A stretch of 64,000 nucleotides of DNA, taken from the NCBI GenBank assembly GCA_019058315.1, contig JAHPZH010000002.1:608001-672000 (forward strand), given 5' to 3'. Origin of the DNA: Candidatus Helarchaeota archaeon. Its GTDB lineage: Archaea > Asgardarchaeota > Lokiarchaeia > Helarchaeales > RDOG01. Of this stretch, positions 43,077-52,558 are shown piece after piece. Positions within the stretch are counted from its first letter, which is position 1. Each line of letters starts with the position of its first letter. The notes below the pieces were generated by a model, which saw only the letters and a program-made list of their open reading frames with translations, was not told the origin of the DNA and made no database searches. Made by a program: the position numbers and the translations under genes.

Positions 43077-43835
43077 ATGAATAGAAATTGTTTATTTGCA
43101 TGTTTAGCGGCATTTCTTTTTTCAATATTAACAATTATAGTAAGTGCTTCTGGTGCTTTTACAATTCCAGCAGATATATATGATTATAGTCAAATTGGTT
43201 ACTTTATTTTTATAGGTATAGGTATAATTTTAATGGGATTCGGATTTCGGGAGATATATAGAGAAGCAGAATTAAAACTCGGGTTAATAATCTTTTATAT
43301 TTCCCTAATTGCAGGTATTTTTCTTATAGTATTCCATACAATCATTATGCCCATTTTCATAAGCATTGAGACTTATGAACGAGGTACTGTTTATTTAATT
43401 ATAGCAGGAATTTGCTATGATATTTTCTCAGCATTCTTTATAACAAATGGAATCTTATTTCTATTAAAGAGAGAGGACTTGGGAAGAGAAAAGTTGAATT
43501 TGATTTCAGGTTTATTATCTTTAATTTTTGGTATTATGTTTGCAGTATTTGTTAATATTTTAATTGTAAATTATATAAACCAATTTGACCTTAAAATTCT
43601 TGATCTAGCATTAGAACAATTTCTAATTTTAATACTAATTTTCGACCCTTCCTTTGAAAAAATTATTTTAGTAGGTCTACTAATACAAAATGCAGAAGAA
43701 ATGTTAAGCTCTGCAAATAATGCTATTGGAGCTTTAGAAATAGTTGTAAAATATGTAAGTTTACTACCTCTAGGTATTTCTGGATTTTTGACCATGATAA
43801 ACTTTTTCTTTTTGGCTAAGAACGATGTATCTTAA
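43077..43835 (+). CDS. Polytopic membrane protein of unknown function
   Basis: About 6-7 hydrophobic helices; GAGGT upstream. Confidence 0.7.
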   Translation: MNRNCLFACLAAFLFSILTIIVSASGAFTIPADIYDYSQIGYFIFIGIGIILMGFGFREIYREAELKLGLIIFYISLIAGIFLIVFHTIIMPIFISIETYERGTVYLIIAGICYDIFSAFFITNGILFLLKREDLGREKLNLISGLLSLIFGIMFAVFVNILIVNYINQFDLKILDLALEQFLILILIFDPSFEKIILVGLLIQNAEEMLSSANNAIGALEIVVKYVSLLPLGISGFLTMINFFFLAKNDVS

Positions 43836-43909
43836 TTAAATTAAGTAATACAACAAGAAATAGACTCTTATATTTCATAATTTCTTTAAATTTTTAAAAA
43901 ATAGAAGGA

Positions 43910-44362
43910 TTATATTGGTTGAGTCATTTCACTTTTGCATTTAGGACATCTATTAGCTCCTCTAAATCCAATTTCGTTACATGTACTACAAGTCCAATTT
44001 GATTCTTCCCATTTAACCCATTCTTCATCGGATCTCTCTTTTCTAGCTGGTATGGACTTTAACATAAATTCTTTAGCAATTTTGAAAGGGAATTTATTAA
44101 TACGTCTGCAAGGGAATTCTTCACATTCATGGCATCCTGATATGTTTTTCTTCTTAGCACAACGTCTAATACTACACGCATCACAAAATGGACTTCTAAA
44201 ATCCGATAAACATCCCTCACACTTTATATCCTCAGGTTTAAGGGAATAAAATTTTGCTAATTTTTGTTTTAATCTGTCATCATTGTTTTTATATGCATAA
44301 CGAGTTGCACAAACTCCACAATATAAACCACAAGGTGCTAAAAGATTATTATCAATTGACAT
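43910..44362 (-). CDS. DUF3795-family Cys-rich protein
   Basis: APCGLYCGVC, CEGC, CSIRRC, CHECEEFPC, C-terminal Zn ribbon. Confidence 0.85.
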   Translation of the reverse strand: MSIDNNLLAPCGLYCGVCATRYAYKNNDDRLKQKLAKFYSLKPEDIKCEGCLSDFRSPFCDACSIRRCAKKKNISGCHECEEFPCRRINKFPFKIAKEFMLKSIPARKERSDEEWVKWEESNWTCSTCNEIGFRGANRCPKCKSEMTQPI

Positions 44363-44376
44363 AATAAACCTCCAAT

Positions 44377-44802
44377 TTACTTATTTTTTTTATCCTTACC
44401 AATTTTTTTTATATATAATTTAGTAGTTTCTACGAGATTAGTGCGATCGAAATATACCTCATTCCTTGAAATTTTTCCATCTTTATATTCAACAATATCC
44501 ATCCCATATTCAACTATTACTTTGGAACCAATAGGGATTGTAGCTTTCCACTTTACAACACATCCTTTTGGAGTGGGATATGTCTCTACAATTTTCCATA
44601 TCCAATCTGGGTTATATGCTAATAACTTTTTGAAATAAGGGAAAATTTGATTGTGACCCTTTAAACCCATTGGAATGGCAGGATCTTGATAATAAGCATC
44701 TTTTGTATAATATGATATTAATTTTTCAGGTTGATTACCTGTCCAAGCTTCTAAGAATTCTTCATTAAATTTAATTAGATTAAATATCTCTTTCGTCTTC
44801 AC
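44377..44802 (-). CDS. NTF2/SnoaL-like protein
   Basis: AW...YY..DAYYQDP...G.DIVE.KDGKISRNEVYFDR. Confidence 0.85.
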   Translation of the reverse strand: MKTKEIFNLIKFNEEFLEAWTGNQPEKLISYYTKDAYYQDPAIPMGLKGHNQIFPYFKKLLAYNPDWIWKIVETYPTPKGCVVKWKATIPIGSKVIVEYGMDIVEYKDGKISRNEVYFDRTNLVETTKLYIKKIGKDKKNK

Positions 44803-44884
44803 CTTGATAACCTCATTTTAGGTCTAAGTCCTGTTTTATTAGACTGATTTTATAACTTCAAATGAAATATATAAATCTATTGGA

Positions 44885-44926
44885 ATTACTATACTTTTAT
44901 ATAGTAGTATAATTTAATATAGTAAT
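44885..44926. promoter_or_regulatory. Putative operator overlapping the TATA box of the wHTH regulator gene
   Basis: TACTATA (44887-93) N6 TATAGTA (44900-06), plus a further half-site TATAGTAAT at 44918-26. Confidence 0.5.
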
Positions 44927-44939
44927 GTAATTTAGAAGG

Positions 44940-45716
44940 ATGAAAAACATGAAAGAAAAGTCAAATATAAATTTTGATGAAAAATTGGAAGAAATAAATA
45001 ATAATATCATGTTTTTAAAAGATTTAATATTATATACGAGTACATCACTTGAGATCGTGGCACAAAAAGAGAATATGAGAGAATATTTAACCGATTCTAT
45101 GCCTAAAATCGATAAAAAAGTTAGTAAATTTTTAAAGTACAGAGTTTCAAGTTGTAATATGAAGGAATGGTGTGCAGAACATGTTGAAAAGGCAGTTTCG
45201 AAGGTACTTCATACATATATGAACCAAGGAACTCAACCAGCTTCAAAAAAAATAAAAAAATATCTTAAATCTGCAAACCAATATTTAGAACAAAAAATAT
45301 GCGATACAGAATGTATGGAAAATGTTGTTAATGTATATAAAACAATGGATAATTTGATAGAAAATTCTAGGGAAAGTACTTTAAAATATCATAAAGATTA
45401 TAATTACCATAAAAAATTACCAGAATTTAAAAATTTTAAGGAAGAAGAAATATGTAATTTATTAACCCCATTATCTAATGTAACAAGACTACAAATTTTA
45501 AAAACTCTTGGAATATCTGGAAAAAATTTCGCCGAATTAGAACGCGAACTTGGTATAAAGGGTGGTCATTTACAGTTCCACTTAAATAATTTGATCCAAG
45601 CGGAATATATTACTCAAGAGAAACCTAAAGGGAAATATACAATAAGTATGAAAGGAATAAAGGTTTTAAGATTCTTGTTCGAATTGAAAGAAAATCTTAT
45701 TGAATCTAAATCATAA
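44940..45716 (+). CDS. ArsR-type winged-helix regulator with a Cys-containing N-terminal domain
   Basis: PLSNVTRLQILK...FAELERELGIKGGHLQFHLNNL...GKY.I..KG. Confidence 0.85.
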   Translation: MKNMKEKSNINFDEKLEEINNNIMFLKDLILYTSTSLEIVAQKENMREYLTDSMPKIDKKVSKFLKYRVSSCNMKEWCAEHVEKAVSKVLHTYMNQGTQPASKKIKKYLKSANQYLEQKICDTECMENVVNVYKTMDNLIENSRESTLKYHKDYNYHKKLPEFKNFKEEEICNLLTPLSNVTRLQILKTLGISGKNFAELERELGIKGGHLQFHLNNLIQAEYITQEKPKGKYTISMKGIKVLRFLFELKENLIESKS

Positions 45717-45757
45717 CAATAACATCAAGATAAAAATTTAAAAAATAAAGTGATATT

Positions 45758-46801
45758 ATGAGATTTTCGGTTCAGCATGCTACAAATTTTACTAATATGG
45801 GATTTGGTAGGAAAGAAGTATTAAAATCTGCAGAACTTGTTGATAAATTAGGATGTTACTATATGACTTCTGTTCAATGTCATATAAATTGGTATCCTAA
45901 TGAGGCAGAAGTTTTTTCTTCTTGGATAATGGCTAGTGAACTTGCAAATATAACAAAAACAACAAATATAGGTGTAATGGTTACTGATGTTTTTAGAACT
46001 CATCCTGCACAAATTGCTTTAAATTCCTTACATTTACAAAGGCTCTCGAATGGGCGATTTATATTAGGGTTAGGTGCAGGAGAAGCTGCAAATTTATCAG
46101 ATTTTGGTGTCAAATGGGACAAATCTGTATCTCATTTAGAAGAAGCTATACAATATCTGAAATTGTTGTGGGGCTCATCTCCTAGAAATAAAGTTAGTTT
46201 TGAAGGAAAATTCTTTAAATTAAATAAAGTTTTTCTTCAAATGCCTGTAGACAGTCCTCCTAAAATATGGATGGCTGCAGGTAGTCCAAGGACTTTAAAA
46301 ATTACGGCAAAATATGCCGATGGTTGGATACCAATAGGGTGTACTCCAAAATTATATAAAAAACAATTAGAAGTTGTAAAATCTGAGGGAAGAGAAATAG
46401 AAACGTCTTATAATGCATACACCTATATTTCTAAAAAAGATCCTGAAAGAGCTCGTCAATTTATGGATGTAATTGCTTGTGTACAATGTTTAAGACCAGA
46501 AATATTTAAAGAATATAATTTAGAAATACCCAAAAAATTAGATTTTATAGAACATTTCAAAATACCATTAAGAAAACAAAAATCACATGTTCCTAAAGCC
46601 ATGAGTTTCGCACAACAAATCCCCCAAGACGTAAGACTGCAGACAGTTATGGCAGGATCACCTGAAGATATAATTGAACAAGTTGAACAGTGGCAAAAAG
46701 CAGGTTGTGAAAACCTATGTCTTCAATTTTGGGGAGAAGACTACTGGGATTCAATAAAGTTATTTGCAGAAGAAGTTATTCCTCATTTTGAGGAATCATA
46801 A
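45758..46801 (+). CDS. LLM-class (probably F420-dependent) oxidoreductase
   Basis: HPAQIA, LSNGRFILGLGAG, FEGKFF, AKYADGW, GSPEDIIE. Confidence 0.88.
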   Translation: MRFSVQHATNFTNMGFGRKEVLKSAELVDKLGCYYMTSVQCHINWYPNEAEVFSSWIMASELANITKTTNIGVMVTDVFRTHPAQIALNSLHLQRLSNGRFILGLGAGEAANLSDFGVKWDKSVSHLEEAIQYLKLLWGSSPRNKVSFEGKFFKLNKVFLQMPVDSPPKIWMAAGSPRTLKITAKYADGWIPIGCTPKLYKKQLEVVKSEGREIETSYNAYTYISKKDPERARQFMDVIACVQCLRPEIFKEYNLEIPKKLDFIEHFKIPLRKQKSHVPKAMSFAQQIPQDVRLQTVMAGSPEDIIEQVEQWQKAGCENLCLQFWGEDYWDSIKLFAEEVIPHFEES

Positions 46802-46817
46802 AAAAAATTAGAAAAAA

Positions 46818-47336
46818 TTATTTTAATTTAACTGGTGCACAAATTTCCCAAGGTTCTACAGATAAGCGACCACATTCTCTACAGAAATATTTTGCTTTCT
46901 CATATTTTGCTTTACACATGTGCTTTCCCGAAGATCCTGGTTTTGTTGTATCTATAGTTTTTCCGCAATATTTATCCTTAAATTTTTTTACCTTAATATC
47001 GCATGGATGTCCAGGCATTACTACAGGTTGACCGCAGGAGTCACATGTGATCGCTAGATCACCTTTATATTCTGCATTTTTCCATGCATTCTTTGTTTCT
47101 GCTGGAATTTCAGTAGGTTCGCAAACATAGTCTTTTTCGACACTGACCCTTCCACAGAACTCACAATAAAATTTTAAAGCTTCAATCTTCCCTTTGCAAA
47201 GATGACCGTATTTTACTTTTTTAGCACCACAGTATTCGCAATCAAAAGTAGCCCCAGTTTCATGAACTCTACACATATGTTCATGGATTGAAACCTTTTG
47301 ACATGTTTCACATTTTCTTTCTTCCATCATAGTCAT
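46818..47336 (-). CDS. Small multi-zinc-finger protein with an internal duplication
   Basis: Two copies of (CxxC..HxC)(CxxC..HxC)(CxxCGR..C); GGAGGT upstream. Confidence 0.75.
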   Translation of the reverse strand: MTMMEERKCETCQKVSIHEHMCRVHETGATFDCEYCGAKKVKYGHLCKGKIEALKFYCEFCGRVSVEKDYVCEPTEIPAETKNAWKNAEYKGDLAITCDSCGQPVVMPGHPCDIKVKKFKDKYCGKTIDTTKPGSSGKHMCKAKYEKAKYFCRECGRLSVEPWEICAPVKLK

Positions 47337-47427
47337 TAATTTGACCTCCTTTATAATTTAATATCTTATTTAAATTGTTTGTACAAATTAGGAGTTTATC
47401 CCTACATAGAAAGTTTTAATTTAAAGT

Positions 47428-48180
47428 CTATTTAAAATTTTTTACACCAATCCCAAAAATAAGTGGGGACCAGTTTTTAATTTCTTTGACTCCGAATAAT
47501 TCTGATAGGAATTTTAAGGTTATTCTACGTATGAACTTGGTGATTAATCTCGGTTTTTTTGCAATAAACTGTTTTATCCTTACATTTTTAAAACCTGTTA
47601 ATAAAAAAACTTGTCCCAAACTCAAATTTGTAAAACCATATTCATGCGTAAAATCGTCATATAATAACATATTTGATACTAAATTTGCCATGTTAGCTGT
47701 TTTGGCAATAAAAATTCCATTATCTTTAAGATTATCCTTAACTAATTTAAAAAGATCTAGCACTCTTCTTTTTTCAATATGTTCTATAACATCATTTGCA
47801 ACAATTAAATCAAATTTACCTTCATAATTTTCCAAAAATTCAAAAGCGTCAGCTTGTTCGACTTTTTTTGATATTATTTTAAAGACATAGTTTAAGTCTG
47901 GTTTATTTAATTTTTTTATAAAGTTAATCATTTGGCTAGAAATGTCAATACCAATAAAATTATGATATCCATTAATTGTTAATGCATATAGAAAATGCCC
48001 CATACCACAACCGATATCCAATATTCTAATATCTCTGCTCTTTGGAATATAAGGACCATAATTTAAGAAATAACTTTTTGAATTTAACTCATAACTTTTC
48101 TTCGTTATTGGATTCCTTTTTAAAAAGATTGATGTTAGATATTTGTCCTTTATTTCATCCCTTTCTTTCCTTGCTGTCAT
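47428..48180 (-). CDS. Class I SAM-dependent methyltransferase
   Basis: ILDIGCGMG, GIDIS, DVIEHI, Y.DFTH. Confidence 0.9.
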   Translation of the reverse strand: MTARKERDEIKDKYLTSIFLKRNPITKKSYELNSKSYFLNYGPYIPKSRDIRILDIGCGMGHFLYALTINGYHNFIGIDISSQMINFIKKLNKPDLNYVFKIISKKVEQADAFEFLENYEGKFDLIVANDVIEHIEKRRVLDLFKLVKDNLKDNGIFIAKTANMANLVSNMLLYDDFTHEYGFTNLSLGQVFLLTGFKNVRIKQFIAKKPRLITKFIRRITLKFLSELFGVKEIKNWSPLIFGIGVKNFK

Positions 48181-48287
48181 AATTTAACATTTTATTTATT
48201 CATTACTCGATAAGTTAAGATAATTTCTATTTATCTCTTTTATATTTATTAGTTCTTTAAATATTAATTTTCGAATTTTGATTAAAA

Positions 48288-48692
48288 TTATTTTAATTTT
48301 TCTAATTCCCTTAAACCAATAGCCATTTTACTTGATTCTGCTATCATTGAACTAATTAAAATGGTTTCAAATATTTGATCTTTTGTTGCACCAGCTTGAA
48401 GTGCTGTTTTCATGTGAACTTCTTGACAATATTTACATCCAAGAGCAACTGCTGCTGATAGCGCAATGAGTTCTTTAATTTTTAATTTCAATCTGGATTT
48501 ATTTTCTTTAATAACACTTTGATTTTTCATAAACTGAGTAAGAATCATCTCATCATTATAATTTGCCATTATTTCATAAATCTTAGGAGTTAAGCCATAA
48601 AATTCTTTAAGAAATTTTAAAATTTCAGAAGAATATTCTGAAGAATTATTTAATATCTCATTCATTTTTTTGAAAAAATCGCTTATTGACAA
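48288..48692 (-). CDS. Carboxymuconolactone decarboxylase/AhpD-family protein
   Basis: KELIALSAAVALGCKYCQEVH...A...GAT..QI.E; GAGGTG upstream. Confidence 0.88.
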   Translation of the reverse strand: MSISDFFKKMNEILNNSSEYSSEILKFLKEFYGLTPKIYEIMANYNDEMILTQFMKNQSVIKENKSRLKLKIKELIALSAAVALGCKYCQEVHMKTALQAGATKDQIFETILISSMIAESSKMAIGLRELEKLK

Positions 48693-48759
48693 TTAAACAC
48701 CTCGTTGCCTTATTTATTATTTTTAACCTTATAATTACCAAGTTAAGATATAGGTTTAT

Positions 48760-49375
48760 TCTTTCATTTGAAACTTCGATCTCGGTCTAGAACTCCTGTA
48801 GAGGAACGTTTGAGGGTTAAACATCTATAAAAAATTTAGGTTTGCGATTTGGCATAACGACTAAGGGGATACTTTTTTTACCCTTAATTTGGTTCGAATT
48901 TCTTCCTCGAAAAGCGTTTAGTTTTCTAAACGCTTTTGACCCTATGAGTCTCGGTTGGAAACTCAATAGGTATTTTTTGATCAAAATCTCTGAATCAAGG
49001 TAATCAGTAAGTTTAAGCCTTTCATCGACCCTATTGTCTAAAAATTTAGGCTTTATGACTTCTTTTTGATTCCGAATAACATCATAGTCTTTGATTATTT
49101 CAGCGGGCTTGTTATTTTGTAGTGGAATCATCAAATTATAACAGGTTGCTTTAACTGGTTCCCCTCCAATAGAATACCCGAAAAAAAGCTTTTCAACATA
49201 ATTAAATTTGTGGTGATAATTATTATCGATGAATCCAATAATTATTAAATAAAGTCCAACTGCAAACAAAGACCCATTGTTCTCTTTCAAAAAGAAATCA
49301 CCACAATACTTACCTTTGTTTTTTGTTTGAAAAAACCAAGTAATATGCGGATATTGTGGTGGATATTTTCTTTTT
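48760..49375 (-). ncRNA. Candidate large structured RNA of unassigned family (boundaries approximate)
   Basis: At least 8 helices, including a perfect 12-bp hairpin, a 10-bp closed multiway junction, crossing pairings and a long-range 8-bp helix; several imperfect pairs read as G-U on the minus strand; TATA-like tatatataaa near 49380. Confidence 0.55.
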
Positions 49376-49468
49376 ATATATAGATTAAAAAATCAAAAAA
49401 ATGAGTTTATTATAAACGTAAATAATTATTTCCAAATCTTGAAAGTATCTTTTGAGGTGAATATGTTT

Positions 49469-50272
49469 ATGTGTCCTGAATTTAAGACTGTTCTTTATGA
49501 AAAAAAGAATGCTGTAGCTGTCATAACTTTAAACCGTCCTAAAAAATTAAATGCTTTGAATTCTCAGATGAATAAAGATATAAAATATGCTTTTAAAGAA
49601 GCCAAAGAAGATAAAGAAATCAGATCTATTGTTCTTACTGGTGCTGGACGAGGTTTTTGTTCTGGAGCTGATGTTTCGGACTTTTCTGGGGGTGTAACAT
49701 TGAGGGATTTTAAAAAAATGACCGAAGAAGGAGTAACACCTGAAACCATTATTACACCGTATGATCTATTGGATGTTCCTAAACCTATTATTGCAGCAGT
49801 GAATGGAGTAGCGGTAGGTTTTGGAATGAATGTACTCCTAAACTGTGATATTATTTATGCATCTGAAGATGCTACTTTCGGAGAATTTTTTATTAGAATG
49901 GCTGTAATTCCCGATATGAATGGAAGTCTCCTATTACCCATGTTAGTTGGAATTCATAAGGCCAAAGAATTGATTTTTACTGGTGATAGAATTGATGCTA
50001 ATGAGGCATTACGAATTGGGTTGGTGAATAAAGTATTTCCAGCAAATCAGTTGATGTCTGAAACAATGAAATTAGCAAATAAATTAGCTGAGGGTCCTCC
50101 TCTTGCTTTAGCAATGTCAAAGAAGATAATTCATGAAGGGTTTAAAAAGGTATATGATACAATGCTTTTAAAAGAACTTCAATATCAAACGAAATTATAT
50201 ACTACGAGGGATCATAGAGAGGCTGCGATGGCATTTCTAGAAAAAAGAAAACCAAAATTTAAGGGGAAATGA
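49469..50272 (+). CDS. Enoyl-CoA hydratase/isomerase (crotonase family, PaaG-like)
   Basis: LNRPKKLNAL, FCSGADV, KPIIAAVNGVAVG, IPD, AFLEKRKP.F; GAGGTGA at 49454-60 favours the ATG at 49469. Confidence 0.9.
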   Translation: MCPEFKTVLYEKKNAVAVITLNRPKKLNALNSQMNKDIKYAFKEAKEDKEIRSIVLTGAGRGFCSGADVSDFSGGVTLRDFKKMTEEGVTPETIITPYDLLDVPKPIIAAVNGVAVGFGMNVLLNCDIIYASEDATFGEFFIRMAVIPDMNGSLLLPMLVGIHKAKELIFTGDRIDANEALRIGLVNKVFPANQLMSETMKLANKLAEGPPLALAMSKKIIHEGFKKVYDTMLLKELQYQTKLYTTRDHREAAMAFLEKRKPKFKGK

Positions 50273-50461
50273 TTTTCCTAACTTATGGTAGAATTTATTA
50301 AATTATTATCTTTATTTTATCTTAATTCGACACTTAGAACCAATAATCCCTTCTTATATGATTATATTTCTATCAATTTAGAAAATAATATAATTTAAAT
50401 ATGCCATAATTGTATGTCTATTCGGTATCTTTTTAATACAATTAATATGAAGGATTCAATT

Positions 50462-51196
50462 ATGATACCCTTTAAGAAACGAGAAAAAATTTCAGATGAT
50501 AAAGTCCGTGTCGTTCAAAGAATGCTAGTTCATAAAAATGAATTAATGTATTATCCAAAAAAATGTATTAAGTGCGGCTTATGTATTCCTACTTGTCCAA
50601 AAGAATCAAGATTTTTAGCAGAACCAGACGATCCCAATTTACCAGGACCGGTTGAGACTGATCCAGAAACTTGTTTTTTTTGCGGTATTTGTGATTATAT
50701 CTGTCCAACTGGCGCAAATGAATTACTCATTAATGAGGAACATAAATTAATCTTGTGTGAAAATGGTGCTTTGCCTGAATTAAAGCCCATAAAACTTAAG
50801 AGTAAGACTGGAGAACCGGTTGATAAAATTTTACAAGGTAAAATTGTTATTGATGCATCCAAATGTCCCGAAGACTGCAAATTATGCATTGATGAATGCC
50901 CGATGGAAGTCATTGAATTCACTTCCCTTAAAAAGGATCGAAAAGTCAAGCTCAATAGGGATAATTGCATCTATTGTTTTGCCTGTGAGCGTGTTTGTCC
51001 AGTGGAAGACGCTATAAAACTGGTTAGAACTAGAATACTTTATGATACAGAAAAAGAAGAAGGAGAATTTTCAAACCCATTTTCAGAAATTATTAAAAAA
51101 TTAATTTCTGTAGAAGCAAAAGCAAAAAATCTTGGAAGTCTAGCGGCGAGAAAATCCGATTTAAGGGTTAAAGAATTAATGAGAGAAAAAGGATAA
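50462..51196 (+). CDS. Polyferredoxin (FwdF-like, four [4Fe-4S] motifs)
   Basis: CIKCGLCIPTCP, CFFCGICDYICP, CPEDCKLCIDECP, CIYCFACERVCP; start uncertain (50414-50462). Confidence 0.85.
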   Translation: MIPFKKREKISDDKVRVVQRMLVHKNELMYYPKKCIKCGLCIPTCPKESRFLAEPDDPNLPGPVETDPETCFFCGICDYICPTGANELLINEEHKLILCENGALPELKPIKLKSKTGEPVDKILQGKIVIDASKCPEDCKLCIDECPMEVIEFTSLKKDRKVKLNRDNCIYCFACERVCPVEDAIKLVRTRILYDTEKEEGEFSNPFSEIIKKLISVEAKAKNLGSLAARKSDLRVKELMREKG

Positions 51197-51314
51197 ATGC
51201 TCTCTTAATATATACTTCATTTTTTAGAATTTTCAATAATTATTATTAAAAATCTTTTTATAATTCAAGCAATATTATACAAAACATGTGTATTTTTAAA
51301 GGAGGTAATGATGT

Positions 51315-52532
51315 TTGAAATACAATATAAAGACAATTGATGACTTTGACGTAAAAGGAAAAAAGGTGTTAGTCAGAGTTGATATTAATAGCTCAATAAA
51401 TAGAAAAGATAATATTCTAATGAATACATTACGGATTGAGGAATTAAAACCTACGTTAGAAGCTTTGAAAGAAGCAGCTGTGGTGATTATAGCTCACCAA
51501 GGAAGAGAAGGTAAGAAGGATTTCACTTCTTTGAAACCCCATTCTGAAGCTATGAAAAAATTATATGGAGATCGCGTTAAATTTGTGGATTGCGTTCATG
51601 GATCCTCTGCAGTGAATGCTATTAAAAGTTTAACACCTGGAGAAGTCTTATTATTAGAAAATGTCCGTTTTATGGCTGAAGAAACTATGAAAGGAACTCC
51701 TGAAGAGCTAGCCAAAACACATTTCGTTCAGACTCTTGCACCACTATTCGATTTATTTGTTTGTGATGCATGGGGTGCAGCACATCGAGGACAGACTTCC
51801 CTTGTTGGATTTACTGAAGTTCTTCCTTCATGTATGGGAAAAGTATTCGAAGGAGAGCTGGATATTATGGCTAAAATTACAGAAAATCCACAAAGACCAG
51901 TTTATTATGCTATAGGTGGCGCAAAAGTTGAAACTAAATTTAAAGTTGTAAAAAATCTTTTAGATAGTAAAAAAGCTGATAAGATATTAGTTTGTGGATT
52001 ACTACAAAACATTTTGCTACAAGGAGCAGGAATTGAAATTGGAGCAATAAATAAAAAACCTATTAAAAATTTTGAAGAATATTTACCAACTGCAAAAGAT
52101 ATTATGAATAAATATAAAGATTACATAGTCTTGCCAACAGATCTCGCTTTAAATATAAAGAAAGAAAGAAAAGATATCCCTGCTAGCGAATTAAAAAATA
52201 ATCCTGATTATCCTTCTAATGATATAGGAAAAAAAACTGCTGAAACTTATGCAAATATTTTAAAAGAAGCTGGAACTATTGTTTCAAATGGTCCTGCAGG
52301 TGTTTTTGAAATACCACCATTTGATTATGGGTCAAAAGCTATTTTGAAAGCGATGGCAGCCAATGAAAAAGCTTTTACTGTCGTTGGTGGCGGTGAAATG
52401 GGTGGACTTTGTCAAGACCTAAAATTACCAGTGGATTTTATTAGTACGGGTGGCGGTGCAATGCTGGCCTATCTCACAGGTAAAAAATTACCGGTTATTG
52501 AAGCTCTTAAAGAAGCAGCAAAAAGAAGTTAA
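51315..52532 (+). CDS. pgk: Phosphoglycerate kinase (archaeal type)
   Basis: VLVRVDINS, AHQGR, LLENVRF, AAHR, GGAK, NGPAGVFE, STGGGA. Confidence 0.95.
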   Translation: MKYNIKTIDDFDVKGKKVLVRVDINSSINRKDNILMNTLRIEELKPTLEALKEAAVVIIAHQGREGKKDFTSLKPHSEAMKKLYGDRVKFVDCVHGSSAVNAIKSLTPGEVLLLENVRFMAEETMKGTPEELAKTHFVQTLAPLFDLFVCDAWGAAHRGQTSLVGFTEVLPSCMGKVFEGELDIMAKITENPQRPVYYAIGGAKVETKFKVVKNLLDSKKADKILVCGLLQNILLQGAGIEIGAINKKPIKNFEEYLPTAKDIMNKYKDYIVLPTDLALNIKKERKDIPASELKNNPDYPSNDIGKKTAETYANILKEAGTIVSNGPAGVFEIPPFDYGSKAILKAMAANEKAFTVVGGGEMGGLCQDLKLPVDFISTGGGAMLAYLTGKKLPVIEALKEAAKRS

Positions 52533-52558
52533 ATATCACTCAATTCAATTTTTTTATT

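Noticed and set aside
46818-47336. Multihaem cytochrome c
   Set aside because: No CxxCH motifs and no export signal
48817-49290. 157-aa ORF as a real protein or transposase fragment
   Set aside because: No recognisable motif or ribosome-binding site, and it coincides with dense base-pairing; probably incidental, although not excluded
48760-49375. RNase P RNA, SRP RNA, group I/II intron, or cobalamin/c-di-AMP riboswitch identity
   Set aside because: Only short fragments resemble these (GAGGAA, AAGACUA, GGGAAC..GCCCGC); the required partner motifs (P4 3' strand, SRP helix 8, intron domain V or S element, B12 box) were not found in the right order
50270-50272. Other TGA codons (e.g. 328, 2500, 37718, 50272) as Sec sites
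   Set aside because: They lie at natural C-termini or overlap the next start codon, with no conserved Cys context and no SECIS seen downstream
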